In this document: positions 44,794 through 54,317 of the stretch, piece by piece | Position numbering within the stretch: position 1 is the first letter of the stretch | Layout: each line of letters starts with the position of its first letter | Assembly (NCBI GenBank): GCA_964655075.1 | Contig: CAZZLD010000001.1 | Location: 239,682-303,681, forward strand | Length of the DNA stretch: 64,000 nucleotides | Source of the DNA: an uncultured Candidatus Bathyarchaeia archaeon | GTDB lineage: Archaea; Thermoproteota; Bathyarchaeia; Bathyarchaeales; Bathyarchaeaceae | Direction of reading: 5' to 3' | Notes under the pieces: generated by a model | The model's input: the letters and a program-made list of their open reading frames with translations, nothing else | Database searches by the model: none | What the model was told of the DNA's origin: nothing | Made by a program: the position numbers and the translations under genes

Positions 44794-45525
44794 ATGAGCA
44801 CTCACGCGGAAGATTTGAAGTTTAGGTTGATGACCATCGAGCTTCTTAAGGCGGCTAAGAGGCGTTACACTTACCGTGAACTCTCATCGCAGACAGACTT
44901 ACCAGTAACGGTCTTAAGCAGATATGCTAAGGGTCATGTTCTGCCAAATGCGGAAAGAGCTCGGCAACTCTGGAGAGTTCTGCGAAAACTCGTGGGCTTA
45001 GAAGCTGAGTTGCGTAGAAAAATCCAGTTCAACGACGAGGGATACTTTGACAACACCGAAATCGTAGGCGACTATAACATATTGAAACAAGCTGCGAACC
45101 ATGCCCTTGCGAAGTTCGCCGGAAAAAGAGTTACCAAAATTCTCACTGCCGCCGTAGATGGTATTCCCCTTGCAACCATGGTCGCCAACGCGCTGGGCAT
45201 CAACTTGATAGTGGCTAAAAGGAACAAAGAGGTGGGCGTTCCAGCTTTTTTGGATGAAACTTACGTGTTAAAGGACTCCGGCGTAACTGTGACGTTATAC
45301 GTGCCTAAAGGCGCCCTCAAGCGGAGGGATAGCGTGCTCATAGTGGACGACATGATTAAAAGCGGGGAAACTCAAGCCGCGCTTATTAACATCGTCAACA
45401 AAGCGAAGGCCGGAGTTTCAGGGGTTTACTCCCTAATAGCTGTCGGGGATGAATGGGAGAAAAAGTTGAACCTGCCGAAAAAGGAACTCGTTGAAGTCGT
45501 TATCAAGCTTACACCGAAGCAATAG
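44794..45525 (+). CDS. HTH + phosphoribosyltransferase-domain protein (PurR/GfcR-like regulator candidate)
   Basis: N-terminal YRELSSQTDLPVTVLSRYAKGHVLPN (HTH) and C-terminal type-I PRTase loop VLIVDDMIKSGET. Confidence 0.6.
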   Translation: MSTHAEDLKFRLMTIELLKAAKRRYTYRELSSQTDLPVTVLSRYAKGHVLPNAERARQLWRVLRKLVGLEAELRRKIQFNDEGYFDNTEIVGDYNILKQAANHALAKFAGKRVTKILTAAVDGIPLATMVANALGINLIVAKRNKEVGVPAFLDETYVLKDSGVTVTLYVPKGALKRRDSVLIVDDMIKSGETQAALINIVNKAKAGVSGVYSLIAVGDEWEKKLNLPKKELVEVVIKLTPKQ

Positions 45526-46216
45526 CCAAACAAGCTTGTTTAACCAAACACTGGTCGCATTTCCCTTTTCTGCAGAAGTCTTTACCGATTCGTAGGAGAG
45601 CCGTTTCAAAATTAACAAACGTCTTACCGGAAACCTTGTTTTTCCTCCAGAAACCTTTCAGCTCCTTTAAAGCGTCTTCCTGGTTTTCCCTCTTAATTAT
45701 TCCCAAGTTTTTTGCAGCTAGAATAACTAGAGGTGTAGGTTTAGGCACTGCCTTTTCCCAAATGCCCCTTAAGTCCCGGAGAAAAATGCTTACGGTCACG
45801 GGTCCTATGCCCTTTCCGAGCTTCTTGAGGCACATCTCCAAATCTGAAGGACCAGAGGCAACCTCGTGGAGACGGTTCAGGTCGCCACCATATTTTTCTA
45901 TCAGGTTACTCATGACCTCTAAGAGTTTGTCAGCGGTTTTGAAGTCGTACCGCGTGTATGATCCTTCGTCAAGTATGTCAACTAGTCCTTGCCACCCGGT
46001 TTCTAAGATTTTCTTAGGCGTAGTCACCCCGCGCCTTTCGAAACACCTGTAAGTTTTTACAACGGCTTTTTCGGTTATTGGAGCACCGAAGAGCACCACG
46101 GCTAAGAACCACTTGAAAACCTCTTGGGGGTCTCCGTCTTCAAGCTTCACGCCTAGAGAATCTGAGTATTTCTGCCCAAAGTTGTCTATTAACAGGCGTA
46201 AAGTTTCCCGCTTCAT
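45509..46216 (-). CDS. Endonuclease III-like HhH protein with a C-terminal Cys cluster (putative DNA glycosylase)
   Basis: The hairpin-like LGKGIGPVTVSIFLRDL and the terminal C-x4-C-x2-C-x5-C (CRKGKCDQCLVKQAC) resemble the EndoIII [4Fe-4S] loop. Confidence 0.45.
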   Translation of the reverse strand: MKRETLRLLIDNFGQKYSDSLGVKLEDGDPQEVFKWFLAVVLFGAPITEKAVVKTYRCFERRGVTTPKKILETGWQGLVDILDEGSYTRYDFKTADKLLEVMSNLIEKYGGDLNRLHEVASGPSDLEMCLKKLGKGIGPVTVSIFLRDLRGIWEKAVPKPTPLVILAAKNLGIIKRENQEDALKELKGFWRKNKVSGKTFVNFETALLRIGKDFCRKGKCDQCLVKQACLAIASV

Positions 46217-46342
46217 GTCAACACTCTTACTTCTTTCCAGCGCACTTAACCGTTTCCTTATCGCAAAACTTGAAACGTAAAAGGCAGCAATGACACAGCT
46301 TATAGCTGGAATAACCCAATTTAGAAGAACGGTGTGCAGAAG

Positions 46343-47359
46343 ATGAGGACGATAGAATGGAAGAACGGCGTCGTCATCACCATAGACCAGACAGAACTGC
46401 CGACAAAAACAGTCCTTCTAAAAATGAAGAAATGTAGCGAGGTGGCTTCTGCCATTAAGAAGATGCAGATGCGGGGAGCACCCCTCATAGGCGTAGCAGT
46501 AGCCTACGGCTTAGCCCTCACCGCCCACCACTCTAAAGCAGAAAACAGAGAGCAACTGATAAAGGAACTTGAGGCTTCAGCTGAGGAGTTAAGGAGGACT
46601 AGGCCCACGGCGGTGAACCTCTTTTGGGCGGTTGACAGAGTTATGAAGAGGGCGCGGGAGACCGTTGGAGGCGTGAAGGCAGTTGCTGGGGCTGTGGTTA
46701 AGGAGGCGAAGAGGATGGCTGACGAAGATGTTGAGGTGAACCGCAGAATCGGCGAGAACGGAGCCGCTCTGATCAAGGGCGAAGACGTCGTTCTTACGCA
46801 CTGCAACGCGGGGGCTTTGGCAACCGTTGATTACGGCACGGCCTTAGGCGTCATACGAGCCGCGTGGAACCAAGGGAAAAAAATTGAAGTAATCGCTACC
46901 GAGACTAGGCCTAAGCTGCAGGGTGCGAGGTTAACCGCCTACGAGCTTATGCGCGACGGGATTCCGGTGACGCTTATAACGGATAGCATGGTGGGTTTCG
47001 TCATGGCAAAAAAACAGGTGAACCTTGTTGTTGTGGGCGCTGATCGCATTGTTAAGGACGCGGTTATCAACAAAATCGGAACTTACTCCGTCGCCGTTTT
47101 AGCTAAAGAGCACGATGTTCCCTTTTATGTTGCCGCTCCTAAATCAACCATGGACCTGAAGCACACTTCAAGGGACGTTATCATTGAGGAGAGGGACCCA
47201 GAGGAGGTTACTGGCTTTCGATCTGAAAGAACTGCGCCGAAGGGAATAAAGGTGATGAATCCAGCCTTTGACGTAACTCCGATGAAGTACGTACGTGCGA
47301 TCATAACCGAGGTAGGAGTGTTCTCTCCAGAAAATCTAAAAGAACTTGGTGGGAATTAG
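46343..47359 (+). CDS. mtnA: Methylthioribose-1-phosphate isomerase / eIF-2B-related sugar-phosphate isomerase
   Basis: MRTIEWKNGVVITIDQTELP...MQMRGAPLIGVAVAYGLAL...THCNAGALATVDYGTALG...VGADRI. Confidence 0.8.
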   Translation: MRTIEWKNGVVITIDQTELPTKTVLLKMKKCSEVASAIKKMQMRGAPLIGVAVAYGLALTAHHSKAENREQLIKELEASAEELRRTRPTAVNLFWAVDRVMKRARETVGGVKAVAGAVVKEAKRMADEDVEVNRRIGENGAALIKGEDVVLTHCNAGALATVDYGTALGVIRAAWNQGKKIEVIATETRPKLQGARLTAYELMRDGIPVTLITDSMVGFVMAKKQVNLVVVGADRIVKDAVINKIGTYSVAVLAKEHDVPFYVAAPKSTMDLKHTSRDVIIEERDPEEVTGFRSERTAPKGIKVMNPAFDVTPMKYVRAIITEVGVFSPENLKELGGN

Positions 47360-47389
47360 CTAGGTATCTGCGATAGGGAAGTATGGTTT

Positions 47390-47926
47390 GTGGCGGCGGC
47401 TCAACCGGAAGTCAAGGCATCACTTAAGGAGGATAAAATCCTAGTTTCCTCACCAGAAGACATTGAGGGACTCGCATCCCGCGGTTATGGCGTGCTTGAA
47501 GACGAAAAGTTGACGCTCACTTTTTATGAGGCTCTTTATCTGCTCGGGAAGAATGTCCTCAAGGTTCGAGATGGAAAAACAAGGAAGAAGGTTGACTTTC
47601 AGGAGTTGCTGAAGCGGTTTAAGTCTTTGGATGAGAACGCTTGGGTTCGCTATCTGATTTACCGCGATCTGAGGAGCCGAGGTTACGTTGTGCGGGAGGG
47701 CTTTGGGCTTGGAATCGACTTTCGGGTCTATGAGCGTGGGGAGTACGGAAAAGAAACGGCGAGGTACCTGATTTTTGGGATTCAGGAGGGGCAACCAGTT
47801 TCTATGGAAGAGTTGAACAGGGCTTTAAAGTACGTTCAGAGCTTAAAGAAAAAGCTGGTGTTGGCGGTTATAAACCGCAGAGGAGAAGTTGTCTACTATT
47901 CTCTGTCGCAGCTAACCCTGAAGTGA
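47390..47926 (+). CDS. endA: tRNA-splicing endonuclease (catalytic-type subunit)
   Basis: GYGVLEDEKLTLTFYEALYLL...YLIYRDLRSRGYVVREGFGLGIDFRVYERG...YLIFGIQEG. Confidence 0.85.
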   Translation: MAAAQPEVKASLKEDKILVSSPEDIEGLASRGYGVLEDEKLTLTFYEALYLLGKNVLKVRDGKTRKKVDFQELLKRFKSLDENAWVRYLIYRDLRSRGYVVREGFGLGIDFRVYERGEYGKETARYLIFGIQEGQPVSMEELNRALKYVQSLKKKLVLAVINRRGEVVYYSLSQLTLK

Positions 47927-47932
47927 AAAGCT

Positions 47933-48799
47933 ATGGGAAAAACAGAGGGCATAATGCGGCTCATCCGCCCCGTCAACTGCACGGTAATGGGCTTCGCGGT
48001 CATCGTGGGAATAATGGTGGCTGTTCCGGATTTTTCCCTAGAGGGAAAGGCGGCAATCAACGCTGTTTTAGGATTCACCACTGGTTTCACGTTTCTAGCC
48101 ACGGCCAACGTCATCAACGACTACTACGACAGGGAAATAGACGCCGTAAACGAACCGAACCGCCCGATTCCAAGCGGAGTCATCCGCCCGAAGGAAGCTC
48201 TGGTTTACGCCTCGATCCTAAGTATCGTAGGCTACGTCACCGCGTTCCTAACCAACATAGAATGTTTAGTCATAGCAACCAGCTCCTGGGTACTGCTCAT
48301 GTACTACAGCACGAAAGGCAAACGCACTGGGCTTCTCGGCAACATCGTTGTCAGCGCCTGCATCGCGCTTCCCTTCATCTACGGCGGGTTTGCTGCTGAG
48401 ACAGGGGTAAGCCTGATCCTCGGATTGTTTTCAGCCATGGCTTTCCTCTCAAACACGGGGAGGGAAATCACAAAGGGAATCGTGGACATTGAAGGAGACA
48501 AGCTTCAGGGAATCAAAACAATCGCTGTCCGGTCTGGACCGCGAACCGCCGCAGTTGCTTCAGTTTGCTTTTACGCCGCCGCCGTCACCTTAAGCCTTCT
48601 TCCGCTGGTTTTAGAGAGTATTTCTTTTTGGTATCTTCCCTTTGTTGCCTTAGCCGACTTGGGTTTCGTTTCATCCTCCATTTCGCTTCTCCGCAACTTT
48701 TCGCGTGAAAACGCACGAAGAATTAAAAATCTCGTGCGCCTTTGGATGGTTATAGGTTTACTGGCGTTTGTTATGGGAAAGTTCAGTTGGAAGTGGTGA
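47933..48799 (+). CDS. UbiA-family prenyltransferase, digeranylgeranylglyceryl phosphate synthase-like
   Basis: NVINDYYDREIDAVNEPNRPIPSG (first Asp-rich motif), ~8 TM helices, and a second motif region KGIVDIEGD. Confidence 0.8.
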   Translation: MGKTEGIMRLIRPVNCTVMGFAVIVGIMVAVPDFSLEGKAAINAVLGFTTGFTFLATANVINDYYDREIDAVNEPNRPIPSGVIRPKEALVYASILSIVGYVTAFLTNIECLVIATSSWVLLMYYSTKGKRTGLLGNIVVSACIALPFIYGGFAAETGVSLILGLFSAMAFLSNTGREITKGIVDIEGDKLQGIKTIAVRSGPRTAAVASVCFYAAAVTLSLLPLVLESISFWYLPFVALADLGFVSSSISLLRNFSRENARRIKNLVRLWMVIGLLAFVMGKFSWKW

Positions 48800-48800
48800 G

Positions 48801-50099
48801 ATGTCATCTTTCAGAACGGTTCGCGGAATGAGGGATTTCCTGCCTGAAGACGCGGAAAAAATGAGATATGTGCAACGGATCGCTAGGGAAATCGCCATGC
48901 TTTACGGCTACCGAGAAGTTATAACCCCGGTTATGGAACATCACGATCTTTTAGCGGCGAAAACCGGCGAAGAAATTCGAGAGCGCATGTACGCCTTCAA
49001 GGATTTAAGCGGCAGAAAAGTGGCTCTGAGACCAGAGTTCACTGCCTCCATAGCGCGGATGGTAGCAACCAAAATGATGACTCAGCCTAAGCCGCTTAAG
49101 CTGTTTTGTGAAGGAAGCCTCTACCGTTATGATGAGCCGCAGTACGGTCGCTACAGGGAGTTTTGGCAAGCCAACTACGAGCTGATGGGCTCAGACAGAC
49201 CGGAAGCCGACGCAGAAATCCTCACGCTCACATACGACTTGACGGAAAAACTGGGACTCCGCGACTACCACTTCAAAATCGGGCACATGGGAATCCTGAG
49301 AGGAATTCTGAAGCAAGAACACGTGAAGGAAGAACAGCAGAACATGCTCATGCAGTTGCTAGACAAAAAACGAGGGGACGAAGCCCTAAAAACAGCAAAG
49401 GGACTAGGCGTCTCAAATCGCTGCCTAACCGTCTTAAAGAACATTTTTGAAACTAGAGGCAAAGATGCGACTAAAGTTCTCCGAAAGGCGAAAATCGTTG
49501 TTAAGGGCTACAAAAACGCTGTTGCCGCCATCGAAAACCTGCAGGAAATCCTAGAGTTAACACAGGCAAGCGGCGCCAAGTTTGAGACGCTTGTGGAAGC
49601 GGGTTTCGCAAGAGGCTTAGAGTATTATACAGGCATGATTTTCGAGGTGTACGTTCCGCGAATAGACATAGCTTTGGGTGGCGGAGGGCGCTACGATAAG
49701 CTCATCGAACTGTTCGGAGGCGAACCGACGCCGGCGGTGGGCGTCGCCCCAGGCATAGACCGTATCGTGCTCGCTATGAAGAAGCAGAAGATTTTCTCTG
49801 AGGCTCAGAAGGCGAAGCGGGTGCTGATTATCCCGATCAAGGAAGAGTTGAGGGTGAAAGCCATGGAAGTTTCCTCTGTGTTAAGGCAAGCGGGCATACC
49901 CGCCGAGCTGGAGGTCATGGGGCGCAAGGTTTCTAGGGCTTTGGCTGACGCTGACAGAAGGGGAGTTACCCACGTGGTTGTTGTTGGTCCGAAAGAAATC
50001 GAGGAAGGCAAGGTTGTTTTGCGGAACATGCAGAAAAGGGAACAGAAAACGGTTGAAATAGCAGATGTTGCAAAGGAAATTCTGGGAGAGAACTCCTAA
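48801..50099 (+). CDS. hisS: Histidyl-tRNA synthetase
   Basis: MSSFRTVRGMRDFLPED...RYDEPQYGRYREFWQ...GGGGRYD. The ATG at 48801 follows the upstream stop by 1 nt. Confidence 0.9.
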   Translation: MSSFRTVRGMRDFLPEDAEKMRYVQRIAREIAMLYGYREVITPVMEHHDLLAAKTGEEIRERMYAFKDLSGRKVALRPEFTASIARMVATKMMTQPKPLKLFCEGSLYRYDEPQYGRYREFWQANYELMGSDRPEADAEILTLTYDLTEKLGLRDYHFKIGHMGILRGILKQEHVKEEQQNMLMQLLDKKRGDEALKTAKGLGVSNRCLTVLKNIFETRGKDATKVLRKAKIVVKGYKNAVAAIENLQEILELTQASGAKFETLVEAGFARGLEYYTGMIFEVYVPRIDIALGGGGRYDKLIELFGGEPTPAVGVAPGIDRIVLAMKKQKIFSEAQKAKRVLIIPIKEELRVKAMEVSSVLRQAGIPAELEVMGRKVSRALADADRRGVTHVVVVGPKEIEEGKVVLRNMQKREQKTVEIADVAKEILGENS

Positions 50100-51196
50100 G
50101 AACTCTCGTTAAAGTCTAACGTGGACAAAACAGGTTCTTCTTGTGGACGTTCTGGACGTCTCCGTAGACGAAGTATACCGACTATTAACATTATCCATCC
50201 GAGGGCGCCTAGGGCGAGGGTCACTAAACCGAAGACGCCGACCAGAAGCAGCGTGGCTGGATAGAAGTCTAAGGCCGTCAAGTAGACGTAACTGTAGTAG
50301 TTGAAGTACCAGTGAATGAGAATTGGAGCTTGGACGCCATAGAGGAGATATGCCAAACCCATAGCGAACCCCTGAATAAACGCTAGGGTGATTTTACCAA
50401 TTCCCCAACCGCCACCAAAATAGTAATGCGCCCACCCGAAAACTGCCGATGTTAAGATAACTGCCGCCCACTCAGGTACGCTTATTCCTCTTAAGATGCC
50501 TAAGTCGCTCACGTTTTTCAAGCCCAACATTTTCTTAGCTTTCTCTGGATACAACCAAGACAAAAAGAAAGTTTTTAGACGCTGTCCCCCGGACATTGTA
50601 GCAGCCCTTTCCGCTCCAGCCAAGAAAAAGTAGACGATTAGAAATATGCCGATAGGGCTTATACGAAAGCCAATTTCCTCAACCACAGGAGCATAAGACA
50701 ACTCTAAAAATGCTGCGAAAGGATTTTCAGGCAGGGACGGTTCACCAGTTGGAATGCCTTGGCTTTCTTGAAGAAAGTTTAGGATCAAAACTGCGATAAG
50801 CACCATGCTGGTTATCACGGGCGTAGCGAAGAGATTGTTTCTTAGAGTGTAGCCTAGAGGACGCGAAAGGCTGTTCTTTATCACTTTATGGAGGCTTTCT
50901 CTGAGTCTCCAAGCGGCAACAAAGCAGAGGAGGTACACGCTCCAAAGAAACAGGAAGAAGGGTCCGATGTTAGGGTTAACGGGAATGAAGATGACAATTA
51001 AAGTAAACAAGAAGACGTAAGGCCCCCCAGAAAAAACTTCACTTAATGAGTGCTTGCTGAAAGCTAAGCCTTCTGGAGTTAAGAAAAACAACGTAGGTCC
51101 TAGAGCCATTGCAACGAAATACGCTGCGAGGAGAACGAAAACAAAAGTGACCAGAATAATTACAATGGCTTTCTCCAAATCGTTAGATGATTCCAT
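50096..51196 (-). CDS. CPBP (CAAX/Abi) family intramembrane metalloprotease
   Basis: Polytopic membrane protein with VVEEIGFR (EExxxR) and FGWAHYY (FxxxH) motifs. Confidence 0.7.
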   Translation of the reverse strand: MESSNDLEKAIVIILVTFVFVLLAAYFVAMALGPTLFFLTPEGLAFSKHSLSEVFSGGPYVFLFTLIVIFIPVNPNIGPFFLFLWSVYLLCFVAAWRLRESLHKVIKNSLSRPLGYTLRNNLFATPVITSMVLIAVLILNFLQESQGIPTGEPSLPENPFAAFLELSYAPVVEEIGFRISPIGIFLIVYFFLAGAERAATMSGGQRLKTFFLSWLYPEKAKKMLGLKNVSDLGILRGISVPEWAAVILTSAVFGWAHYYFGGGWGIGKITLAFIQGFAMGLAYLLYGVQAPILIHWYFNYYSYVYLTALDFYPATLLLVGVFGLVTLALGALGWIMLIVGILRLRRRPERPQEEPVLSTLDFNESS

Positions 51197-51230
51197 AGTC
51201 CACCTCTCCTTCTGAACATGCTTTTAAACT

Positions 51231-51323
51231 TGGCGGGCCCGCGGGGATTTGAACCCCGGATCTCCGACTTTCTTCGCGTCTCCGTAGAAGGCCGGTGCCT
51301 TGTCCTAACTTGGCCACGGGCCC
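51231..51323 (-). tRNA. tRNA-Arg (anticodon UCU) with a 15-nt canonical 37/38 intron; CCA encoded
   Basis: The reverse complement is GGGCCCG UG GCCA AGUUAGGACA AGGC A CCGGC CUUCUA[cggagacgcgaagaa]A GUCGG AGAUC CGGGG UUCAAAU CCCCG CGGGCCC G CCA. CUUC pairs with GAAG of the intron, flanked by two 3-nt bulges that carry the splice sites (bulge-helix-bulge). Confidence 0.85.
51270..51284 (-). other. tRNA intron (canonical position 37/38)
   Basis: See the tRNA-Arg(UCU) fold. A 4-bp central helix lies between 3-nt bulges UAC and AAA. Confidence 0.7.
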
Positions 51324-51389
51324 CTTGTCTCTGATAGACCTTTTGGGCACTTGAATATAATTTATTTTCCTATTTTGTTTGTTGGCGAA

Positions 51390-54317
51390 TTATTCTATGA
51401 AGATGGCTGGTCGTCGGGGTTTGGCAAGTTGTGCTCGGTTCTTCGGATCATGTCTACGCACATCGTCTTCACCGTAAACCTCAACCTTCGCGTTGAATTC
51501 CTTTTCGAAGAAACCCTCAGACGCGTTTAGGATTTTCTTCTCATCCATAATTCCGACCTGTAGTATGCGCTGTTTTTGGTCGGTGGGCATCCGGTTAACC
51601 TCGTCCAACACCTCGCGAGCAAACTTCGAAACCTTTCCCGCTATCGCTTTAAGCTCGGAGTCCGCCATCAGTTCCTTCATAAAGTCGCTGAAGACGATTT
51701 TAGCTGACGCTGAACCTTTCACTGCCTTGAGAAAGACCCGCCACTTCCAGTCCGCGGCGGCATAATAGCAAATTCGCTTGGGTGCTACTTTGATCGCCCG
51801 AAGTATACTTGAGGTGTCCTCCACAGCGCCCTTGATTACGCTTTCAGTTTCCTCCGCCTGCACATCCACCTTCTTCTCGTCGCAGGTTGGCCACTCAGCC
51901 ACGGAAACGAAACCCGTTTTCCCCAGCTTAGCCCAGATTTCTTCGCATATGTGCGGAGTCGCGGGAGCAAGCATTCTGACTTGGGCATCCAGAACCTCGC
52001 GGTATACTTTGGCAACGGCCCCTTTCCTCGCTGGAAGATCCTTTTCTCCGGAGATTCTACGCAGATACCACTGGAAATCCTGATCCAGCAGGTACAACGC
52101 GCTGTGAATGGCTTTCCTGACCATCAGTTTATCCATGGCTTCCGTTGCGGTTCTCTTGTGGTCCTCGAGGCGGCTGAACATCCAACGGTCTATCAACGCT
52201 AAAGGCGCGTCCTTAGATTCTTTCTTTGTCTGTTTTATTTCAACGGCGAATCGGTAAAGGCGCTCCAGCCTGTCGCCCATCGACCTCGCCAAGGAGGTGC
52301 TGAAATCTGCGTCCTGCAACAGCTCAGCAGCAGCCAAAACCGCGATCCGCAACGGGTCCGCCCCGAACATTTTGATGGCTTCCCTGAGGGGAATTATGTT
52401 GACGAAGGATTTGCTCATCTTTTGGCCTTCCATGAGGACGCTTCCGTTCACGGCGATTTGGCGGGGCCAGAGGTTTTCTGGGAAGATGGCGGTGTGGTTG
52501 AAAACCATGAAAGTCAGGTGGTTGGGCACTAAGTCGCGTCCTGAGTGGCGGCTGTCAAGGGGATAAAAGTAAGAGAACTCCTCGTGAAATTGCTTTAAGA
52601 CCTGAGCGTCTAAACCAGTGTTTTCCGCCACTTTCTTCAGGTTTCCAGCTCCGAGGAAAACGTAATCGAATAAGGCTTCGGTTAGTTGACTCGGCTGGAT
52701 TCTGTGCTCCTTGATAAGCTTACTTATCGTGTAGTAAGCCATGTAAATCACGGAGTCCGAAAGCGATTCTATGATCCATTCGTGGTCCCAAGGCAGTTTT
52801 GTTCCAAGCCCAGATTTCCGCGCGCATGCTTTTTCTCGAAGCCAACCGATAACGTAGTTGAATTCTGCGCGCAGTTCTTCTGGGAGAATCTCCATTTGGT
52901 CGAAGCATTTTTGCGCTAGGGCCTTCCACTTCGGGTTCCCATAGTCGATGAACCACTGGTCCTCGAAGATTTTGACGACACATTCGGTTCCACACCGGCA
53001 AATAACAGGTCTGTTGACAATCTCATACATGGTTCCAGCCTTTCCCTCCCGCACGAGGTCCTCCTTGACCCTCTCTTTCGCTTCAGCCACAGGAAGCCCC
53101 GCGTACTTGCCTGTGTTCTCCTTCATCACGCCGCCGTGAAACTCATGCCTGTAAACCTCCTTCGTCGCTCCCTCAAGCCGAGGATCCGTCTGATCGGTTA
53201 TGCCCATTTTCTTAACCACGTCAACCGCGGGACACGCTGAGTAGCTGGGAACTTTGATTATGGAGATAGGTTTAAGATCATCCACATCCTCCGGTTTCAA
53301 ACCGTATTTTGCAAGTTGAGAAGCTGGTGTACTCTTCAGGTTCTCTAAGGCTGCGTAATCGTAGGGCGCATGCCCAGGAACCGACATAACCACGCCTGTT
53401 GCGTTTTTGGGATCAACGAACTCGCCTGCAAAAATCGGGATTTTTTCTCCGGTTAACGGGTTCACGGCTTCTTGCCCAACGAGGGTTTCTCCAGAGAAGG
53501 TTGCGGTGACTTCGACTTTGCGGTTTAAGAACCGCAGTTTGTCAACTGCCTCTTCGCTTACAATCCACTGCGCGCCGTCCACCTTAGCCTTTACGTACTC
53601 TGCTTTTGGGTTCAGCCAAATGTTTGTGACGCCGAAGACTGTTTCAGGTCGGAAGGTTGCGGCTGGCAGAACAAAATCGCCATATTCAAACTCGATGAGC
53701 GTGAACTCCTCAATTTCTGGTTCAACATCGCCTTGAGTGTCGTGCTGACCCACCGGGTTTCCATCGTTTGGACACCAACCAACAGGGTGGCTTCCACGCG
53801 AGATGAACCCCGCTTCACGCAGTTTTTGGAATTGCCATTCAATGAACTTGCTGTATTGCGGATCAATGGTGGTGAACTCGCGTCTCCAATCGATTGAATA
53901 CCCGATTTTCTTCATGCCCGACTTGATTTCCTCGTGAAAATAGCTCGCCATCTTAAGCGGGGCAGCAAGGTCCTTCAGCTTCGCCTTCGGCACCTTATAG
54001 ATCTGAAGAAAAGTATCGATTAATTCTTGGTCGCCCTCAGCCAGCCTTTGAGACATGGCGAGAACCGGCGTTCCCGTGTAGTGGAAAGCCATTGGAAACA
54101 GAACGTTGTAGCCGCGCATGCGCATGTACCGCGCGTGGGCATCCGCCAGAGTGTAGGTCCTGCCGTGTCCGATGTGCTGAGGAGAGTTCGGATAAGGATA
54201 CGCCACGGTGACAAAGTACTTGGGCTTACGCGGCTCAGGATCAGCCTCGAAGACTCTGGCTTTTTCCCAAGCTCTTTGCCACTTTTCCTCAATTTGTTCC
54301 CAGTCTAGGGGCGTCAC
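51390..54317 (-). CDS. leuS: Leucyl-tRNA synthetase (archaeal type)
   Basis: PYPNSPQHIGHGRTY (HIGH) and QKMSKSFVN (KMSKS). 975 aa. Confidence 0.95.
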   Translation of the reverse strand: MTPLDWEQIEEKWQRAWEKARVFEADPEPRKPKYFVTVAYPYPNSPQHIGHGRTYTLADAHARYMRMRGYNVLFPMAFHYTGTPVLAMSQRLAEGDQELIDTFLQIYKVPKAKLKDLAAPLKMASYFHEEIKSGMKKIGYSIDWRREFTTIDPQYSKFIEWQFQKLREAGFISRGSHPVGWCPNDGNPVGQHDTQGDVEPEIEEFTLIEFEYGDFVLPAATFRPETVFGVTNIWLNPKAEYVKAKVDGAQWIVSEEAVDKLRFLNRKVEVTATFSGETLVGQEAVNPLTGEKIPIFAGEFVDPKNATGVVMSVPGHAPYDYAALENLKSTPASQLAKYGLKPEDVDDLKPISIIKVPSYSACPAVDVVKKMGITDQTDPRLEGATKEVYRHEFHGGVMKENTGKYAGLPVAEAKERVKEDLVREGKAGTMYEIVNRPVICRCGTECVVKIFEDQWFIDYGNPKWKALAQKCFDQMEILPEELRAEFNYVIGWLREKACARKSGLGTKLPWDHEWIIESLSDSVIYMAYYTISKLIKEHRIQPSQLTEALFDYVFLGAGNLKKVAENTGLDAQVLKQFHEEFSYFYPLDSRHSGRDLVPNHLTFMVFNHTAIFPENLWPRQIAVNGSVLMEGQKMSKSFVNIIPLREAIKMFGADPLRIAVLAAAELLQDADFSTSLARSMGDRLERLYRFAVEIKQTKKESKDAPLALIDRWMFSRLEDHKRTATEAMDKLMVRKAIHSALYLLDQDFQWYLRRISGEKDLPARKGAVAKVYREVLDAQVRMLAPATPHICEEIWAKLGKTGFVSVAEWPTCDEKKVDVQAEETESVIKGAVEDTSSILRAIKVAPKRICYYAAADWKWRVFLKAVKGSASAKIVFSDFMKELMADSELKAIAGKVSKFAREVLDEVNRMPTDQKQRILQVGIMDEKKILNASEGFFEKEFNAKVEVYGEDDVRRHDPKNRAQLAKPRRPAIFIE

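Noticed and set aside
47923-48399. 158-aa Arg/His/Gly-rich ORF overlapping the UbiA-family gene in another frame
   Set aside because: Its low-complexity basic composition contrasts with the alternative frame, which encodes a canonical prenyltransferase with the NxxxDxxxD motif and TM helices.
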